Assembly: GCA_964548885.1 (NCBI GenBank)
Contig: CAZJSQ010000001.1
Coordinates: 52,782-116,781 of the forward strand
Direction of reading: 5' to 3'
Origin: an uncultured Gammaproteobacteria bacterium
Lineage (GTDB): Bacteria; Patescibacteriota; Patescibacteriia; Patescibacteriales; UBA12465
Length of the DNA: 64,000 nucleotides
Shown here piece after piece: positions 30,401 to 39,118 of this stretch. The notes beneath the pieces are model-generated. The model saw only the letters and a program-made list of their open reading frames with translations. It searched no databases and was not told where the DNA came from. How positions within the stretch are numbered: the stretch's first letter is position 1; each line of letters begins with the position of its first letter. The position numbers and the translations under genes were made by a program.

Positions 30401-31284
30401 GAATCACTTACAAACTGGGATTCGAACCCAAAACCACTCTTCCGGAATTATTTACGGCTACTGATAAACCCAAAGTGGCTATCATCAGAGAAGAGGGTTC
30501 TAATGGAGACAGAGAAATGACCGCCGCTTTCTATTCGGCCGGATTTGAACCTTATGATGTGACCATGACTGATTTGTTAAATGACCGAGCGAATCTGCGC
30601 GCTTTTCAAATGGTCGCCTTTGTCGGCGGTTTCAGTTATGCCGACGTGCTTGATTCGGCTAAAGGCTGGGCCGGCGTGATTCGCTTTAATGAAAAATTGC
30701 GAGTTATGTTTGACGAATTCTATAACCGTCCCGATACCTTATCTTTAGGAGTTTGTAACGGTTGCCAGCTGGAAATGCTACTCGGTTGGGTTCCTTGGAA
30801 AGGACTGTCGGGTGAAGAACAGCCGCGTTTCATTAAAAACGAATCCGGCCGCTTTGAAAGTCATTTCTTAAATATCCGAATTTTAGACAGTCCGGCGGTA
30901 ATGCTGAAAGGAATGGCTGATTCAATCTTAGGGGTTTGGTCGGCGCACGGAGAGGGGAAATTACATTTTCCTAATCACCGGCTTTTAGATGGCGCCGAAG
31001 GAGTCTTGTTAAACGATTTGGCGCCCATTCGTTATGTTAACGACAACGGACAGGCAACTCGTGGTTATCCCTTTAACCCCAATGAGTCTCCTTGGGGAAT
31101 CGCCGGTTTATGCAGCCAAGATGGCCGACATTTAGCCATGATGCCGCATCCGGAAAGAACTTTCCTGAAATGGCAGTTAGGATATCTGCCGGAAGAATGG
31201 AAAGACGACGAAGTAATGCCCGTCGCTCCTTGGCTACAAATGTTCCAAAACGCCAGAAAGTGGTGCGAGGAACATAGAATCTAA
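27433..31284 (+). CDS. purL: Phosphoribosylformylglycinamidine synthase, large single-chain form
   Basis: NSEHCRH, AETHNFPT, HDQGAGG, DGGKDSLSM, glutaminase GVCNGCQ and MPHPER. Confidence 0.96.
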   Translation: MNVEHFYRLEESDLEYCFNVEVSEALSSEEIKTLSWLLAETFAPKKFGRDSFLRNSPFKEIIEIGPLLNYATPWNTNALSICRACGLTKITRLERSTRRIIEFNDDTAKLLDRMTQGFYLKPLESFDTGHIPEKVYSVPLIAEGPNALLKLSGLSMDEADRQFYYHYFAEIERRDPTIVEIMDLNNANSEHCRHGYFKGKQIIDGVVMPETLMDIVKSTLEANPGNSLVAFNDNSSAIRGYNVWALIPEHPGQSSAFVKKQMTYHLIFTAETHNFPTGVAPYPGAETGTGGRIRDAKDTGRGSLVVAGTTGYFTGNLFIPGYKLPWEKERVYPKNLASGLEIMIRGSDGASDYGNKFGEPVIVGTAASVAIDLPSGEHQEFIKPILFTGGIGMIDDRHIKKDKAEIGMLIVQVGGPAYRIGFGGGSASSLNQGDNKEDLDFNAVQRGDGEMGQKTNRIVRACVEMGENNPIVIVHDQGAGGPANVLKELVEKYGGKINIRKIVSGDPTLSVLEIWICEYQERSGFIIDKSRIEEFWTICKREKVNCEILGEVTGDGYFVVSDEADGSTPVNLDLKQVLGNLPQKTFIDKSVTRDLAALELPKNLDILEALKRVLRLVSVGSKDHLTAKVDRSVTGLVAQQQCCGPLQLPVADVGVIAQSYFPNNLGEYTGGATAIGEKHMEMIINPRAATRLAITEMLTNMASVKINGLKYIKCSGNWMWAPKLPGEGARLYRAALAVREFMIDLGVAIDGGKDSLSMATKVKHPDGRVETVKSPSQLIISGYASVPDVRKKVTPDIKKPGASRLMRIDLSDGKRRLGGSALAQVYNQPGNETPDVEVKIVKNGFNAMQKMVSGGLILSAHDISKGGFITTLLEMCFAGNCGFYLELDCRHEELIPELFAEEAGWVIEYLPENEGVVVSLLNSFSVPYYYLGKTIKIKEIYIVNDGDFQFLESTAVLRQIWEETSYQLEKLQIKPICAVSKKRNVFNRPGITYKLGFEPKTTLPELFTATDKPKVAIIREEGSNGDREMTAAFYSAGFEPYDVTMTDLLNDRANLRAFQMVAFVGGFSYADVLDSAKGWAGVIRFNEKLRVMFDEFYNRPDTLSLGVCNGCQLEMLLGWVPWKGLSGEEQPRFIKNESGRFESHFLNIRILDSPAVMLKGMADSILGVWSAHGEGKLHFPNHRLLDGAEGVLLNDLAPIRYVNDNGQATRGYPFNPNESPWGIAGLCSQDGRHLAMMPHPERTFLKWQLGYLPEEWKDDEVMPVAPWLQMFQNARKWCEEHRI

Positions 31285-31318
31285 ATAATTCTTTATAATT
31301 CTTTAAGAATTGTTTTAT

Positions 31319-31362
31319 AACCCTTGTTAATTTGATAAATATCAAATTTAGCGAGGGTTTTT
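31319..31362 (+). terminator. Intrinsic terminator after purL
   Basis: AACCCTTGTTAA…TTAGCGAGGGTT imperfect stem plus T tract. Confidence 0.6.
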
Positions 31363-31492
31363 AATTTACTTGGTTTAAGGTTTAATTATTTTATTTGACA
31401 AATCAGCGGGGAAGATGATACTCTAAGGAGAATATCTGTTATTTAAAAACTAAATATTACTTATAAACTAAATAAGAAATGGAGGAAAAAGC

Positions 31493-32470
31493 ATGAAAAT
31501 TAAGAACATTGAATTTAACGTTAATGCCGCTTCCGGCGCCCTAGGCTGGTTCGGAGAAGGGTATTGGTATCATAAATGGTATGAGAGCTTTTTTCCGTCG
31601 TTCGCTAAAACAGCGGGCGATATGAGCTTTGTAGCCAAAACAATAACTACAGATCTTCGAATCGGGAATCTCCCTTTAGACGAAAATTATGCGCCTAAAG
31701 ACCTCTTCCCGAGATGCATAAAAGTGTATCCGCTGAGGGGTTTTATGCTTAACGCCGTTGACTCAAGCGGCCCGGGGTTTAAGAAATTATTAGCTACCGG
31801 GAAATGGCAAAACATTATCCGTCCGGCTTTGGGAATTTCCTTTATGCCCGTCGGCAATACTTTAGAAGAAATGCTTCGTGAAACCAGCTGGTTCAGGTAC
31901 GAACTTATTAAAGTCATTGAATATAATGATTTCGCATCGCCTATCTGGATTCAGATAAATGTTTCCTGCCCGAATACCGAGCCGGAAAATCATCAACTGG
32001 TTTTGGATAACGTTACTGAAATTTTAAAACAATTTCAGTACCTAAGATCTTATCTCCTCGTTATTGATCTGAAAGTTAATCTTCTAATGCCGAATAAAGT
32101 CATAAAAGAGATCTGGCAAAAAGGTCTCTGTGATTTAATAACCATTTCTAACACCATAAAATATGGTACGGAAGGATTTGGGATTAACTGGAAGAAATTA
32201 TTTTGGTGGCGGAAAACTTCTCCGCTGGCAAAATTCGGCGGCGGCGGATTATCAGGCAAACCCTTGTTTAAGCCGTTGTGCGAAAAAATTATGAGTGTGA
32301 GGCGGGATTGTATCCAGATACCCATAAAAGCTGGCGGCGGAATATTTTCCGTTAGCAACATCAGAACGCTAAGAGCCTACGGCGCGAACGCCATCGAACT
32401 CGGGACAGTTATCAGCTTGCGTCCTTGGCGTATTCGTCGCATGGTTGAAGAGGCAAAAAGACTTTTCTAA
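31493..32470 (+). CDS. pyrD: Dihydroorotate dehydrogenase-like flavoprotein (divergent class 1)
   Basis: AASG, KTIT…R.GN, INVSCPN, ISNT, GGLSG, GGGI. Confidence 0.75.
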   Translation: MKIKNIEFNVNAASGALGWFGEGYWYHKWYESFFPSFAKTAGDMSFVAKTITTDLRIGNLPLDENYAPKDLFPRCIKVYPLRGFMLNAVDSSGPGFKKLLATGKWQNIIRPALGISFMPVGNTLEEMLRETSWFRYELIKVIEYNDFASPIWIQINVSCPNTEPENHQLVLDNVTEILKQFQYLRSYLLVIDLKVNLLMPNKVIKEIWQKGLCDLITISNTIKYGTEGFGINWKKLFWWRKTSPLAKFGGGGLSGKPLFKPLCEKIMSVRRDCIQIPIKAGGGIFSVSNIRTLRAYGANAIELGTVISLRPWRIRRMVEEAKRLF

Positions 32471-32505
32471 TTAATTGAGTTAGTCAAAAATTCATCCAAC
32501 GCTAT

Positions 32506-32530
32506 AGCCTCATAAAATGAGGCTTTTTTA
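32506..32530 (+). terminator. Intrinsic terminator
   Basis: AGCCTCAT-AAA-ATGAGGCT plus T tract. Confidence 0.75.
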
Positions 32531-32671
32531 TATCAATCCAGCTTTAAACTCGGTCAATTATATGCTACGATATATTTACAATTACTTAATTTTATTATAA
32601 AATCTAAATTCGCCTTTCGTTAAAGTGAGGCTTATATTTTTATAAAATTACCCGCCTATTTCCTAAATTAA

Positions 32672-34507
32672 ATGGAAAAAATATTTAAATTAAAATCAAG
32701 TTTTAAGCCGGCCGGAGACCAACCGGAGGCCATAAAAAAACTCGTCGCGGGACTGAAGAAGGGTTTTAATCACCAGACGCTTCTGGGCGTCACCGGGTCG
32801 GGAAAAACTTTTACCGTCGCTAATGTCATCAAGGAATTAGATTCGCCGGTGTTAGTTATGGCGCCGAATAAAGCTCTGGCCGCCCAGCTTTATCGCGAAT
32901 ACAAGAATTTTTTTCCGGAAAACGCCGTCCATTACTTTGTTTCTTATTATGACTATTACCAGCCGGAGGCCTACCTCCCGATAACCGACACTTATATTGA
33001 TAAAGAAGCGATGATTAATCAGGAAATCGACCGCTTGCGCCACGGCGCGACCTCGGCTTTGGTTTCCCGTCGTGATGTGATTATCGTGGCTTCGGTTTCT
33101 TGTATTTACAATCTCGGCGTGCCGTCCAGTTACTTGGAAGCGAAATTAGTCTTGGAAAAAGGCAAACCGATGGTCCGGATTGATTTGATAAAGCAATTAA
33201 TCAAGATTCAATTTGAGCGGACGAGCGGAGAAATTGAGCGCGGCCAGTTCCGTGTCCGGGGCGATGTCTTTGAAATCCGGCCAAAATCGGAAAATATTGT
33301 TTATCGCCTTGAGCTTAACGGTCAAGCTATCAGCGACTTATGTATTATCAATAATACGACCAAAAATATTATCGGCGACTTGGAGGAAATCGTTATTTTT
33401 CCGCCGAAACATTTTGTTTCCACCGCGCCTCAAATAGAAGCGGCCATTAAGAACATTCAAGAGGAATTAAAAGAGCGTTTAGCCTATTTTAAAAAAGCCG
33501 GATTGCTCCTGGAAGCGGAACGTTTGGAAAGGCGGACGAAATATGATATGGAAATGCTTCGGACTTTAGGTTATTGCCATGGCATTGAAAATTATTCGCG
33601 CCATCTGACCGGCAAGCTGGCCGGCGAAGCGCCCGATGCCTTACTCGCTTATTTTCCCTGGAAAGACGGTCAGCCGGATTTCCTGACGATTATCGACGAA
33701 TCCCATATCGGCGTTCCCCAAATCAGGGGCATGTATAACGGCGACCAAGCGCGCAAGAAAACCCTGATCCAATACGGTTGGCGCTTGCCTTCGGCGCTTG
33801 ATAATCGTCCTTTAAAATTCAACGAGTTTGAGGCGCGCGTCGGCCAGATGATTTTTACGACCGCGACGCCGGGAGAGTTCGAGTTAAAACATTCAGAGCA
33901 AATCGCCGAGCAAGTCATCCGTCCGACCGGTTTGGTTGATCCGGAAATTGAAGTCCGCCCGGTTTTTAACAAACGAGAGAATTACAGCCAAATAAATGAC
34001 GTCATGGCGGAAGTTAAAAAAATCGCCGCGCTGGGCGAACGGGCGATAATCAATACTCTGACCAAGAAGCAAGCCGAAGACTTAAATACTTATTTAAATA
34101 GCCGAGGCTTCAAGTCTAATTATCTTCATTCCGATATCAAAACCTTTGAACGCACGGAAATACTAAAAAATTTCCGGGAAGGGAAGTTTGATGTTCTGGT
34201 CGGCGTGAACTTATTGCGCGAAGGTCTGGACTTGCCGGAAGTGACTTTGGTCGCGATTTTAAACGCCGACCGCGAAGGCTTTCTGCGCAGCGAAACTTCG
34301 CTCATGCAGATTATGGGCCGCGCCGCGCGCAATGTTAAGGGTAAGATTATTCTTTACGCCGACAAGAAAACCGTTTCCATAAAAAAAGCGATCAAAGAAG
34401 CCGAGCGCCGCCGCGTCAAGCAATTGGAATATAATAAGAAACATAAAATTACGCCAATAAATATTTCTAAACCGATTGAGGATTTTTTAGATGCCGTGGA
34501 GAAATGA
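32672..34507 (+). CDS. uvrB: Excinuclease ABC subunit B (no C-terminal UVR domain)
   Basis: GDQP, GVTGSGKT, YYDYYQPEAY, DESH, NLLREGLDLPEV, GRAARN. Confidence 0.96.
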   Translation: MEKIFKLKSSFKPAGDQPEAIKKLVAGLKKGFNHQTLLGVTGSGKTFTVANVIKELDSPVLVMAPNKALAAQLYREYKNFFPENAVHYFVSYYDYYQPEAYLPITDTYIDKEAMINQEIDRLRHGATSALVSRRDVIIVASVSCIYNLGVPSSYLEAKLVLEKGKPMVRIDLIKQLIKIQFERTSGEIERGQFRVRGDVFEIRPKSENIVYRLELNGQAISDLCIINNTTKNIIGDLEEIVIFPPKHFVSTAPQIEAAIKNIQEELKERLAYFKKAGLLLEAERLERRTKYDMEMLRTLGYCHGIENYSRHLTGKLAGEAPDALLAYFPWKDGQPDFLTIIDESHIGVPQIRGMYNGDQARKKTLIQYGWRLPSALDNRPLKFNEFEARVGQMIFTTATPGEFELKHSEQIAEQVIRPTGLVDPEIEVRPVFNKRENYSQINDVMAEVKKIAALGERAIINTLTKKQAEDLNTYLNSRGFKSNYLHSDIKTFERTEILKNFREGKFDVLVGVNLLREGLDLPEVTLVAILNADREGFLRSETSLMQIMGRAARNVKGKIILYADKKTVSIKKAIKEAERRRVKQLEYNKKHKITPINISKPIEDFLDAVEK

Positions 34508-34867
34508 AAAAGCTCCCTGTAAAAGAGAGCTTATAAGATTGCTAAAGGAATCGCCGGGGGGAATGATTATTCCTCCCAACCAAATCCCAAGGATGCAGGC
34601 CAAGAAAAATCCCACAGCCGTGATGAACACGAGGATTATTACTTTTAAATAATCCCTGGAGCTTTTTTCTATCACCAGGTCAAAGGTGATTAATATAGCC
34701 GCCGTGGCTATAATAATCAAACCCCAGATAACCACGCTCTGGAGGCTGAAATCGGCCAACGAAACCCGCAGACAGGCGCCGATCATCAGTCCGATAATCA
34801 GCCCGACGGCCGCGAAAATTCTAGTGCTACCTTTCGTGATAGCATAATTAAATAATTTTTTAATCAT
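34487..34867 (-). CDS. Hypothetical membrane protein (about 3 TM)
   Basis: 126-aa hydrophobic ORF; upstream TTGACA-17 nt-CATAAT on the minus strand. Confidence 0.7.
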   Translation of the reverse strand: MIKKLFNYAITKGSTRIFAAVGLIIGLMIGACLRVSLADFSLQSVVIWGLIIIATAAILITFDLVIEKSSRDYLKVIILVFITAVGFFLACILGIWLGGIIIPPGDSFSNLISSLLQGAFSFLHGI

Positions 34868-34989
34868 TGTTAATTTTTTTTGTTAAAATACTAGAGTCAA
34901 CTAAGAATATTATGGTAGAAATATAATTATTTGTCAACTGGTCATAAAAAAGGCGAATCTTAAATTTTATAAACATAAATTATGAAAAT

Positions 34990-35568
34990 ATGGATATTGA
35001 AATTGAATACGAAGCGACTTTCCTAAATATTAATAAAGACGAAATCCGCACCCGTCTTAAAAAAGCCGGAGCGGCTTTAATAAAGCCGGAATTCTTAATG
35101 AAAAGAATTGTCTTTGAATTGCCGGCCGGCCATGAAATCAAAGGCGGTTGGTTAAGAGTGCGCGACGAGGGCGACAAAATAACTATGAGCTTGAAAATAG
35201 TCGACGGCGACAAAATAGAAAATCAGAAAGAAATTTGCCTTAAGATCGATAATTTCAATGAGGGGGTTAAGTTTTTAGAGGCTATCGGCGCCAAACAGAA
35301 AGCCTATCAGGAAAGCCGCCGCGAACTTTGGACTTTAAATGATGTGGAAATAACTCTTGATGAATGGCCATATTTAGAACCTTATGTTGAAATAGAAGGG
35401 AAGTCTGAAACAGAAGTTAAAAACATTAGCGAGAAATTAGGTTTTGATTACGCCCTGGCCTTATTCTGTTCGGCGGATGTTTTATATAATAAAAAGTACG
35501 GCGTGCCTTTTAAAGTCATAAATAAAACCAGACGCATAACTTTTACGGATCCTAATCCATTTATATAA
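34990..35568 (+). CDS. CYTH-domain protein
   Basis: EIEYEATF, WLRVRDEG, ESRRELW, DEWP…VEIEG. Confidence 0.88.
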   Translation: MDIEIEYEATFLNINKDEIRTRLKKAGAALIKPEFLMKRIVFELPAGHEIKGGWLRVRDEGDKITMSLKIVDGDKIENQKEICLKIDNFNEGVKFLEAIGAKQKAYQESRRELWTLNDVEITLDEWPYLEPYVEIEGKSETEVKNISEKLGFDYALALFCSADVLYNKKYGVPFKVINKTRRITFTDPNPFI

Positions 35569-35596
35569 CCGGAAAATAAAAAAGTAATCAGAAAAT

Positions 35597-35628
35597 AAAA
35601 AAGCCTCTTCTGTCAAGAAAGAGGCTTT
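35597..35628. terminator. Bidirectional terminator
   Basis: AAAGCCTCTT…AAGAGGCTTT between convergent genes. Confidence 0.7.
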
Positions 35629-35658
35629 AAAAAAAATGATTTGTCACAACTCCGGTTA

Positions 35659-36426
35659 CTAAAGTTCCAGTATCACGCCAGCCGAGGAGCAAAATTGCTT
35701 TGACTCAAAATTTCGGCCCGAGATAGCTCTTATTTTCACATTTTGCAAGCATGGCCGCGGCTTGATTCTGAAATCATATTCGGCAAACAGACCGGTGGCC
35801 AGAAACCTCTCGGAAATTATTCCCGCTTTTAAATTCTTGTCAAAAGAATAAGAAAGAAAGAACTTATACCAACTGTTAGGGTCAAATCCCCGAATGTAAA
35901 CCGGGTCGCCGTACCCGCCGAATTTTTCAAGGTCCTCTTCGGAATACTCGGATTTATAAGCGGTTGTCAGCGAGTAGACTCCCAGCGCTCGCAAAGACCA
36001 ATTTCCTTTGTCGATATACACTCCGACAAGCGGCCCGAAACATGACTTTACCAAATCAAGGCCGGCGCCGGCGAATAATTTGACCTTGCCAAAAGTATAA
36101 CTGTCAAAGTCGTAACTTAATCCCAGCTTAGCGCTGATACCGAAATTTTTGTTTAAGTCATATCCCTTTTGGATCCATTTCTGATAGACAATCGGTTGCG
36201 AGTATTCTCCCAGCCCCCAGAGTCCCCAGCCGGAACGGTAAACCGAGTATCCTTCAATGGAAAATCGGGGATAATACTCTGCGCCCAGCTGGTAAATGCT
36301 GGCCTCAAAAACATTTTTTTGATACTGAAGACCTTCCAAATAAAGGTCATCTCTTTCAATTTGCGCCTGGACGCTAAGGCTAAATAATAAGCAAGCAAAA
36401 ATTAATAAATAATAAACTTTTTTCAT
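35659..36426 (-). CDS. Secreted hypothetical protein, outer-membrane beta-barrel-like
   Basis: Signal peptide MKKVYYLLIFACLLFSLSVQA-Q; many alternating amphipathic strands rich in G/Y/F; ATG at 36426. Confidence 0.7.
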   Translation of the reverse strand: MKKVYYLLIFACLLFSLSVQAQIERDDLYLEGLQYQKNVFEASIYQLGAEYYPRFSIEGYSVYRSGWGLWGLGEYSQPIVYQKWIQKGYDLNKNFGISAKLGLSYDFDSYTFGKVKLFAGAGLDLVKSCFGPLVGVYIDKGNWSLRALGVYSLTTAYKSEYSEEDLEKFGGYGDPVYIRGFDPNSWYKFFLSYSFDKNLKAGIISERFLATGLFAEYDFRIKPRPCLQNVKIRAISGRNFESKQFCSSAGVILEL

Positions 36427-36524
36427 TGCGTAGGACCCCCTTGCCCTTTTGTTATTTTTAATGTTCAAATTAATATTAATCTAGTATAATAATATTATTA
36501 GCATAATCAATAAATATTGTCAAT

Positions 36525-39032
36525 ATGTCAGAAAAATTGATTATCCGCGGAGCGCGGACGCACAACCTAAAGAATATCGACCTGGAAATACCGCATAATA
36601 AATTGACGGTCATTACCGGCGTCTCCGGTTCGGGGAAATCGTCGCTGGCATATGACACGATTTTTGCCGAAGGCCAGAGACAATACGTCGAGTCTTTATC
36701 GCCTTATATGCGCCAATTCCTGGGCCAGAAAAAACCGGCCGATGTTGATGAAATGATCGGCTTGGCGCCCTCTATTTCTATTGATCAGAAAGCCCTCTCG
36801 CATAACCCGCGTTCAACGGTCGGGACGCTGACCGATATTTATGACTACTTGCGTGTCTTATACGCTCGCGTCGGCGAAGTCTATTGCCCGGTCTGCGGCG
36901 TGAAAATTGAAAAGCTCACCGTGGAAGAAATGGTTGATATTTTAATTAATCGCGGCGCTGATTTGAAAGAAGAATGCGTGACCGTCCTGTCGCCGGTCGT
37001 CCGTGATCGCCAGGGTGAATATTATCAACTCTTATATAATTACCTATCGCTCGGCTATAGCGAATCCCGCATTGACGGGAAAATTCATTCTTTGCGCGAA
37101 CAGGTAAAACTGGCGCCCAAGCAAAAGCATGATATTGAAATCGTGATTGATAAAGTGATGTTAAACGATGAGACGCGCCTTTTTGAAGCGGTTGAAAATT
37201 CACTGGAATACAGCAAGGGGCTTCTGATCGCGAAGTATAAAGACCAAGAATTTTTATTGTCCGCGAACTGGACCTGTCCGAACGATAATTTTTCTTTTCC
37301 GGAAGTGGAACCGCGGCTTTTTTCTTTTAATTCGCCCCACGGCGCCTGTCCGGAATGTAGCGGGCTTGGTCGAATCGATTTTTTCAGCGAAGAAAAATGC
37401 CCGGCCTGCCAGGGGAAACGTCTGCGGCCGGAAGCTTTATCGGTCAGAATTAACAATAAAAACATCGCCGAAGTGGCGACTTTACCGATTAAGCGCGCTC
37501 TGGATTTTTTTAATCATTATTACGAAAAAATGACGAAGCGCCAGCGCGCCATCGCCGAGAATGTCGTCGTCCAAATTATCAGCCGTCTGGAATTCTTGTT
37601 AAAAGTCGGCTTGAATTATCTGTCACTGGAACGCGAAGCCCATACCTTGTCCGGCGGCGAAGCCCAGCGCATCCGCTTATCTTCGCAAATCGGTTCGCAT
37701 TTATCCCGGACTCTATATGTTTTGGACGAACCGACTATCGGCCTGCATGAACGCGACACCGACCGCCTGATAAGTACGCTTAAAGCTTTGCGCGACAAGA
37801 ATAATACGGTTATTATCGTGGAACACGATGAAAAAACTATTTTAGAATCCGATTATCTTGTCGATCTCGGCCCCTTGGCCGGCGTTCACGGCGGGGAAGT
37901 CGTCGCGATTGGCAGTACTAAAGACTTACTGAACGAAGCCAAAAATAAAACGGCGCTAAAAAAGTCTTTAACCTTGCAATATCTTATCGGCCAGCGGGAA
38001 ATTTCCTTGCCGGATAAACGTCGCGAGCAGAATCATGGCGCTTTAAAAATTCGCGGCGCTTACGCCAACAACCTCAAGAACTTGAACGTTGATATGCCGC
38101 TCGGCCGCCTCGTCGGCATCAGCGGCGTTTCCGGTTCAGGCAAATCTTCGCTGTTATACGATGTGATTTATAAGAACGTCACTCAAATAAAAAATCGTCC
38201 GGGTAAAGCGAAGTTGGAACAGGTTAAAGAGGTTAAAGGAGCGGAATATATCAATAAAGTCGTGGTCATTAATCAATCGCCGATCGGTCGGACCCCGCGC
38301 TCCAACCCCGCGACTTATACCGGCATTTTTACTCCGATTCGCGATTTTTTCGCCTCTCTCCCGGAATCCCGCGCCCGCGGCTATATAATCGGCCGTTTCT
38401 CCTTTAATCGCCCGGGCGGGCGCTGTGAAGCCTGCGAGGGCGCCGGGGCGAACCTGATTGAAATGCATTTCCTGCCGCCGGTTCTCGTTGAATGCGAGGT
38501 TTGCCGCGGCCGGCGTTTTAATCGGGAAACTTTACAGGTTAAATATAAAAGCAAGAACATCGCCGAAATTTTGGATTTGACCATTGAGGAGGCGATTGAA
38601 CATTTTGCCGGTAATTATTTTATTACCGATAAACTGAAAGTTCTGGAGTCTGTCGGCCTCGGCTATCTGAAAATCGGTCAGAGCGCGACGACTTTATCGG
38701 GCGGCGAAGCCCAGCGCATCAAAATCGCTAAAGAGCTGACTCATACTTTAGGGAAACGCACCCTTTATCTTTTAGACGAGCCCACGACCGGTTTGCATTA
38801 TTATGATATCGGCAGACTCTTATCGGTCTTAAATAAACTGGTGGAGAAAGGAAATTCCGTTTTAGTGATCGAGCACAATATGCACATGCTTAAATCAATG
38901 GATTATATCGTTGATCTCGGACCGGAAGGCGGAGAAGAAGGCGGACGTTTGGTCGCCGCCGGCGCTCCGGAAGATATCGTCCGCGAACCGGAAAGTCTGA
39001 CCGGGAAGTATTTAAAAAAGTATTTGAAATAA
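36525..39032 (+). CDS. uvrA: Excinuclease ABC subunit A (compact, 835 aa)
   Basis: [10 protein letters not shown], two GVSGSGKSS Walker A motifs, two LSGGEAQR motifs, zinc fingers. Confidence 0.96.
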   Translation: MSEKLIIRGARTHNLKNIDLEIPHNKLTVITGVSGSGKSSLAYDTIFAEGQRQYVESLSPYMRQFLGQKKPADVDEMIGLAPSISIDQKALSHNPRSTVGTLTDIYDYLRVLYARVGEVYCPVCGVKIEKLTVEEMVDILINRGADLKEECVTVLSPVVRDRQGEYYQLLYNYLSLGYSESRIDGKIHSLREQVKLAPKQKHDIEIVIDKVMLNDETRLFEAVENSLEYSKGLLIAKYKDQEFLLSANWTCPNDNFSFPEVEPRLFSFNSPHGACPECSGLGRIDFFSEEKCPACQGKRLRPEALSVRINNKNIAEVATLPIKRALDFFNHYYEKMTKRQRAIAENVVVQIISRLEFLLKVGLNYLSLEREAHTLSGGEAQRIRLSSQIGSHLSRTLYVLDEPTIGLHERDTDRLISTLKALRDKNNTVIIVEHDEKTILESDYLVDLGPLAGVHGGEVVAIGSTKDLLNEAKNKTALKKSLTLQYLIGQREISLPDKRREQNHGALKIRGAYANNLKNLNVDMPLGRLVGISGVSGSGKSSLLYDVIYKNVTQIKNRPGKAKLEQVKEVKGAEYINKVVVINQSPIGRTPRSNPATYTGIFTPIRDFFASLPESRARGYIIGRFSFNRPGGRCEACEGAGANLIEMHFLPPVLVECEVCRGRRFNRETLQVKYKSKNIAEILDLTIEEAIEHFAGNYFITDKLKVLESVGLGYLKIGQSATTLSGGEAQRIKIAKELTHTLGKRTLYLLDEPTTGLHYYDIGRLLSVLNKLVEKGNSVLVIEHNMHMLKSMDYIVDLGPEGGEEGGRLVAAGAPEDIVREPESLTGKYLKKYLK

Positions 39033-39118
39033 AAAAAGCCGAAAAGAGATTTTAAGTTGGTCCTTTTATACGCTTGGGAGTTACTTAAAATTCTTCTCGG
39101 CCGGTTGACCGCAATTTT

